This document shows, one piece after another, positions 60,851 through 64,000 of a stretch of DNA of 64,000 bases. Positions within the stretch are counted from its first letter, which is position 1. The number at the start of each line of letters is the position of its first letter. The DNA is from Macrostomum lignano. Lineage: Eukaryota. The stretch lies in the NCBI GenBank assembly GCA_002269645.1, contig NIVC01000300.1, positions 248,001 to 312,000 of the forward strand. The letters run 5' to 3'. The translations under genes and the position numbers were made by a program. The notes under the pieces were generated by a model that saw only the letters and a list, made by a program, of their open reading frames with translations, had not been told where the DNA came from and ran no database searches.

Positions 60851-61671
60851 GTTAGATAGTGTGTCAAGGGTCAGGTGGTGTCAGATAATTTGCGCGGGCG
60901 TAAAGTGGTCAGTGGGATGTCAGTTGGTTGATGTCAGACTGCCCAATAATGATCTGATAATCGGTTGGGATGTCAGATGAAGGTCGCCCTAGAGATGGAT
61001 TTCAAATGTCAAAGTGCGTGGGAAAATATTCGTAAATAAAAGAGAAAGAGGAGGTCAGACAGGAATTTCGGAAGCCAAATCCCTCTCCGGTTTTTTAGCA
61101 CTCAGTTCCAGAAGCCCTGCTGCGTCAGTGTAAAGCCCCCACCCCGAACCCCAGGCAGACAGTGAGACGACACAAAGAGTCTGCACCAGACTGCGGACAA
61201 GACGGTGTTGTCAGGCCGTCTTGTAGCGACCGAATCTGCTGTAGTGCAAAGAGGAATAAAATTACAAAGTCGGGGATCAAAGGATAATGAGAAACCGACT
61301 AAGAAGGCAATCTGGGAAATCCCCCCTAATCCCAATCCCGACTTGAGGCCTCAGCCGAGCGTCTCAGGATTAGCGAGAACCCGGAGACGCTTCATCTGGG
61401 AGTCTGTGAAATTCGGATTTTCGAATAGTTGTGGGCACACCTTTGCCAGGCTTGGGGCCGCGGCAGTTTCTCAGAGTGTGGCGGAAGAAACTTCCATTTC
61501 TGCTATCGGCAATCCGCATGTCAATCTAGCGGGATCTCCAACGAGATCCTCGGTGGGGGAGAAACGCTAATGCGATTGCAAAAAAGCTGTTGGCTCCGAC
61601 TCGAGCTCAGGAGCGATGCGTCTTCAAGGGTCTTCAAGGGATGCGGGGATAGATGGGCCTCAGGATTGGGT

Positions 61672-61975
61672 AAAACAGACTTCAGAAGATGGTAAAACAG
61701 ACTTCAGAAGATGGTAAAACAGACTTCAGGAGATGGTAAAACAGACTTCAGGAGATGGTAAAACAGGCTTCAGGAGATGGTAAAACAGACTTCAGAAGAT
61801 GGTAAAACAGACTTCAGGAGATGGTAAAACAGGCTTCAGAAGATGGTAAAACAGACTTTAGGAGATGGTAAAACAGACTTCAGGAGATGGTAAAACAGAC
61901 TTCAGGAGATGGTAAAACAGACTTCAGGAGATGGTAAAACAGACTTCAGAAGATGGTAAAACAGACTTCAGGAGT
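61672..61975 (+). repeat. 22-bp minisatellite (GAGATGGTAAAACAGACTTCAG)n
   Basis: Direct reading of tandem units. Confidence 0.93.
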
Positions 61976-62663
61976 TGTTAGACTGGGCCTCAGTCATTTG
62001 TACTCGTAATGCGTGGCTTGGGAAGACACTACATGCCTCCCATCAAATAATAAATTCTAATTTCTGATTTTTCGCACCCCAGTGATCCCCAACCTGGGAG
62101 AAATGCCCTCTTTTTCCCATAGCAACCAGCATTTATTCTCCTCATTTCCTTGATTTCCCACCACAATTCCAACGCACACTTTGAGGAGAAGCTCTGGCGG
62201 CAAGAGTTTTATTGCCGGTAATGCTGGCTACTTGCAACCCCCCCAAAAACTTGACAGGCCAGAAAACCGCCGTACAGGATTAACACGGGATTAACGCTTC
62301 ACTCTGGCGGACAGCGATGAATTTGGCGTGGAAGTTTTATTAAAAACCTGAGCGACTGAACACAAAGCCGCGAAATCGGGGATACCCTCTGATCTCTAGC
62401 GACCTCTGCCCCCCCGCTGCCTCCCTGCTCCGCTCGCCTCTCCCAGCTGGGTGGATGTGGCTCACGCGAACGCAATAATTGTCTTTATTGTTCTCTCCGC
62501 AGCCGGGCGAGGTGCTAATAACCGGTGCGGTAAACTTTTCGGCCCATTACGGCTTCCCCTCTCCCTTTCTCACCCAGCCAGCAGCACCGGCCGCCTCAAC
62601 TCACGCTAAGCTGCTGCGTTTGAAAACCGCATTAACCTCTCGCTTGCTATCGGATATCTGACT

Positions 62664-62847
<184 letters not shown>

Positions 62848-62894
62848 CAGCTTAGACTCGCATCTCATTCGCTAATTCACAACAATTCATCCCA

Positions 62895-63252
62895 AGCTCA
62901 ATCAGCACAGTCTCAAACTCCAGCTCCATCAGCACAGTCTCAAACTGCAGCTCAATCAGCACAGTCTCAAACTGCAGCTCAATCAGCACAGTCTCAAACT
63001 GCAGCTCAATCAGCACAGTCTCAAACTCCAGCTCCATCAGCACAGTCTCAAACTGCAGCTCAATCAGCACAGTCTCAAACTCCAGCTCAATCAGCACAGT
63101 CTCAAACTGCAGCTCCATCAGCACAGTCTCAAACTCCAGCTCCATCAGCACAGTCTCAAACTGCAGCTCAATCAGCACAGTCTCAAACTCCAGCTCCATC
63201 AGCACAGTCTCAAACTGCAGCTCAATCAGCACAGTCTCAAACTCCAGCTCAA
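62895..63252 (+). repeat. 27-bp minisatellite (AATCAGCACAGTCTCAAACTGCAGCTC)n
   Basis: Direct reading; translates on the - strand as (ELxFETVLI/M)n. Confidence 0.95.
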
Positions 63253-63840
63253 TCGTGCATCTCAGGCCCTGTCGCTCTTGCAGCGAAGCGTTTTCATTTC
63301 TATCAGGACTTTGAGCAGCTGCCCGCCTCCTCACACAATTAGTCAGATCCCACGGTCTGCCGATCCAGTCGCACTGATGGGGTAAATTAGCACGCGGAAA
63401 AGAAGTCCCTCAGTTAACTGACAGGCTGTTTCGCAGAGAAAGTACTACACATGCTGCAAACAGGAGCTGCGGCTGCCGGGTGTGAAACCTGCAGCTTCCG
63501 CCCCGGGGTCCCCTTTCAGCCCGCAGCTGTCAGTCAGGCTTGGCAGCGGCGCCTCATCCGGCGGCCTTCCCGACGCCGGCCTTGGGGAGCAGAAAAACTT
63601 AACAGGGGATCAGAGGGGGTGCGGGCAGAGACTTTCTGGGGCCGGGGAGGGGGCTTTCAGTTGCCAGGAGCAGCTCAAAGTGGGGCACTTTCAATAGCAA
63701 CTGACTAAATGGGAGTAGAAAGAAGCGGAGGAGTTGGGGCACAAAATAGGGGAGAAATTGGAGCGCTTGTGAAAATTCCATGGGGATCAGAAGTTCCTGT
63801 CCATTAAAATCACTGGCGAGGGCCACTAGGACCCATATAT

Positions 63841-64000
<160 letters not shown>

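Overview
Eukaryotic (animal) genomic DNA with spliceosomal introns. The RTE LINE and the repeat landscape resemble the flatworm Macrostomum lignano (inference). 314-21139 (+): one ~20.8-kb exon of a giant midasin-like gene whose earlier exons lie left of the window. It encodes midasin-type AAA+ modules, ~4,700 aa of beta-strand-rich repeats including 4.5 near-identical 2,181-bp (727-aa) tandem units, acidic heptad repeats and two degenerate VWA-like domains. The frame is broken by one in-frame TAA and three 1-bp deletions that look like consensus errors; repaired, it gives ~6,940 aa from this window alone. 23.5-31.2 kb: a MITE-like inverted repeat, a decayed Crypton tyrosine-recombinase element and a young full-length Gypsy LTR retrotransposon (242-bp LTRs, CTTGG TSD). 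33.4-48.1 kb: intronless NME5 (-) head-to-head with a 3-exon MPPED-type metallophosphoesterase (+), whose 11.6-kb first intron holds two hAT-type non-autonomous elements and a decayed RTE LINE. 48.5-64 kb: about a dozen different mini/microsatellites surrounding the exons of a minus-strand two-Ig, probably GPI-anchored Dpr/zig-8-like gene. The best candidate for something undescribed is the midasin-like AAA/beta-repeat/VWA giant protein.
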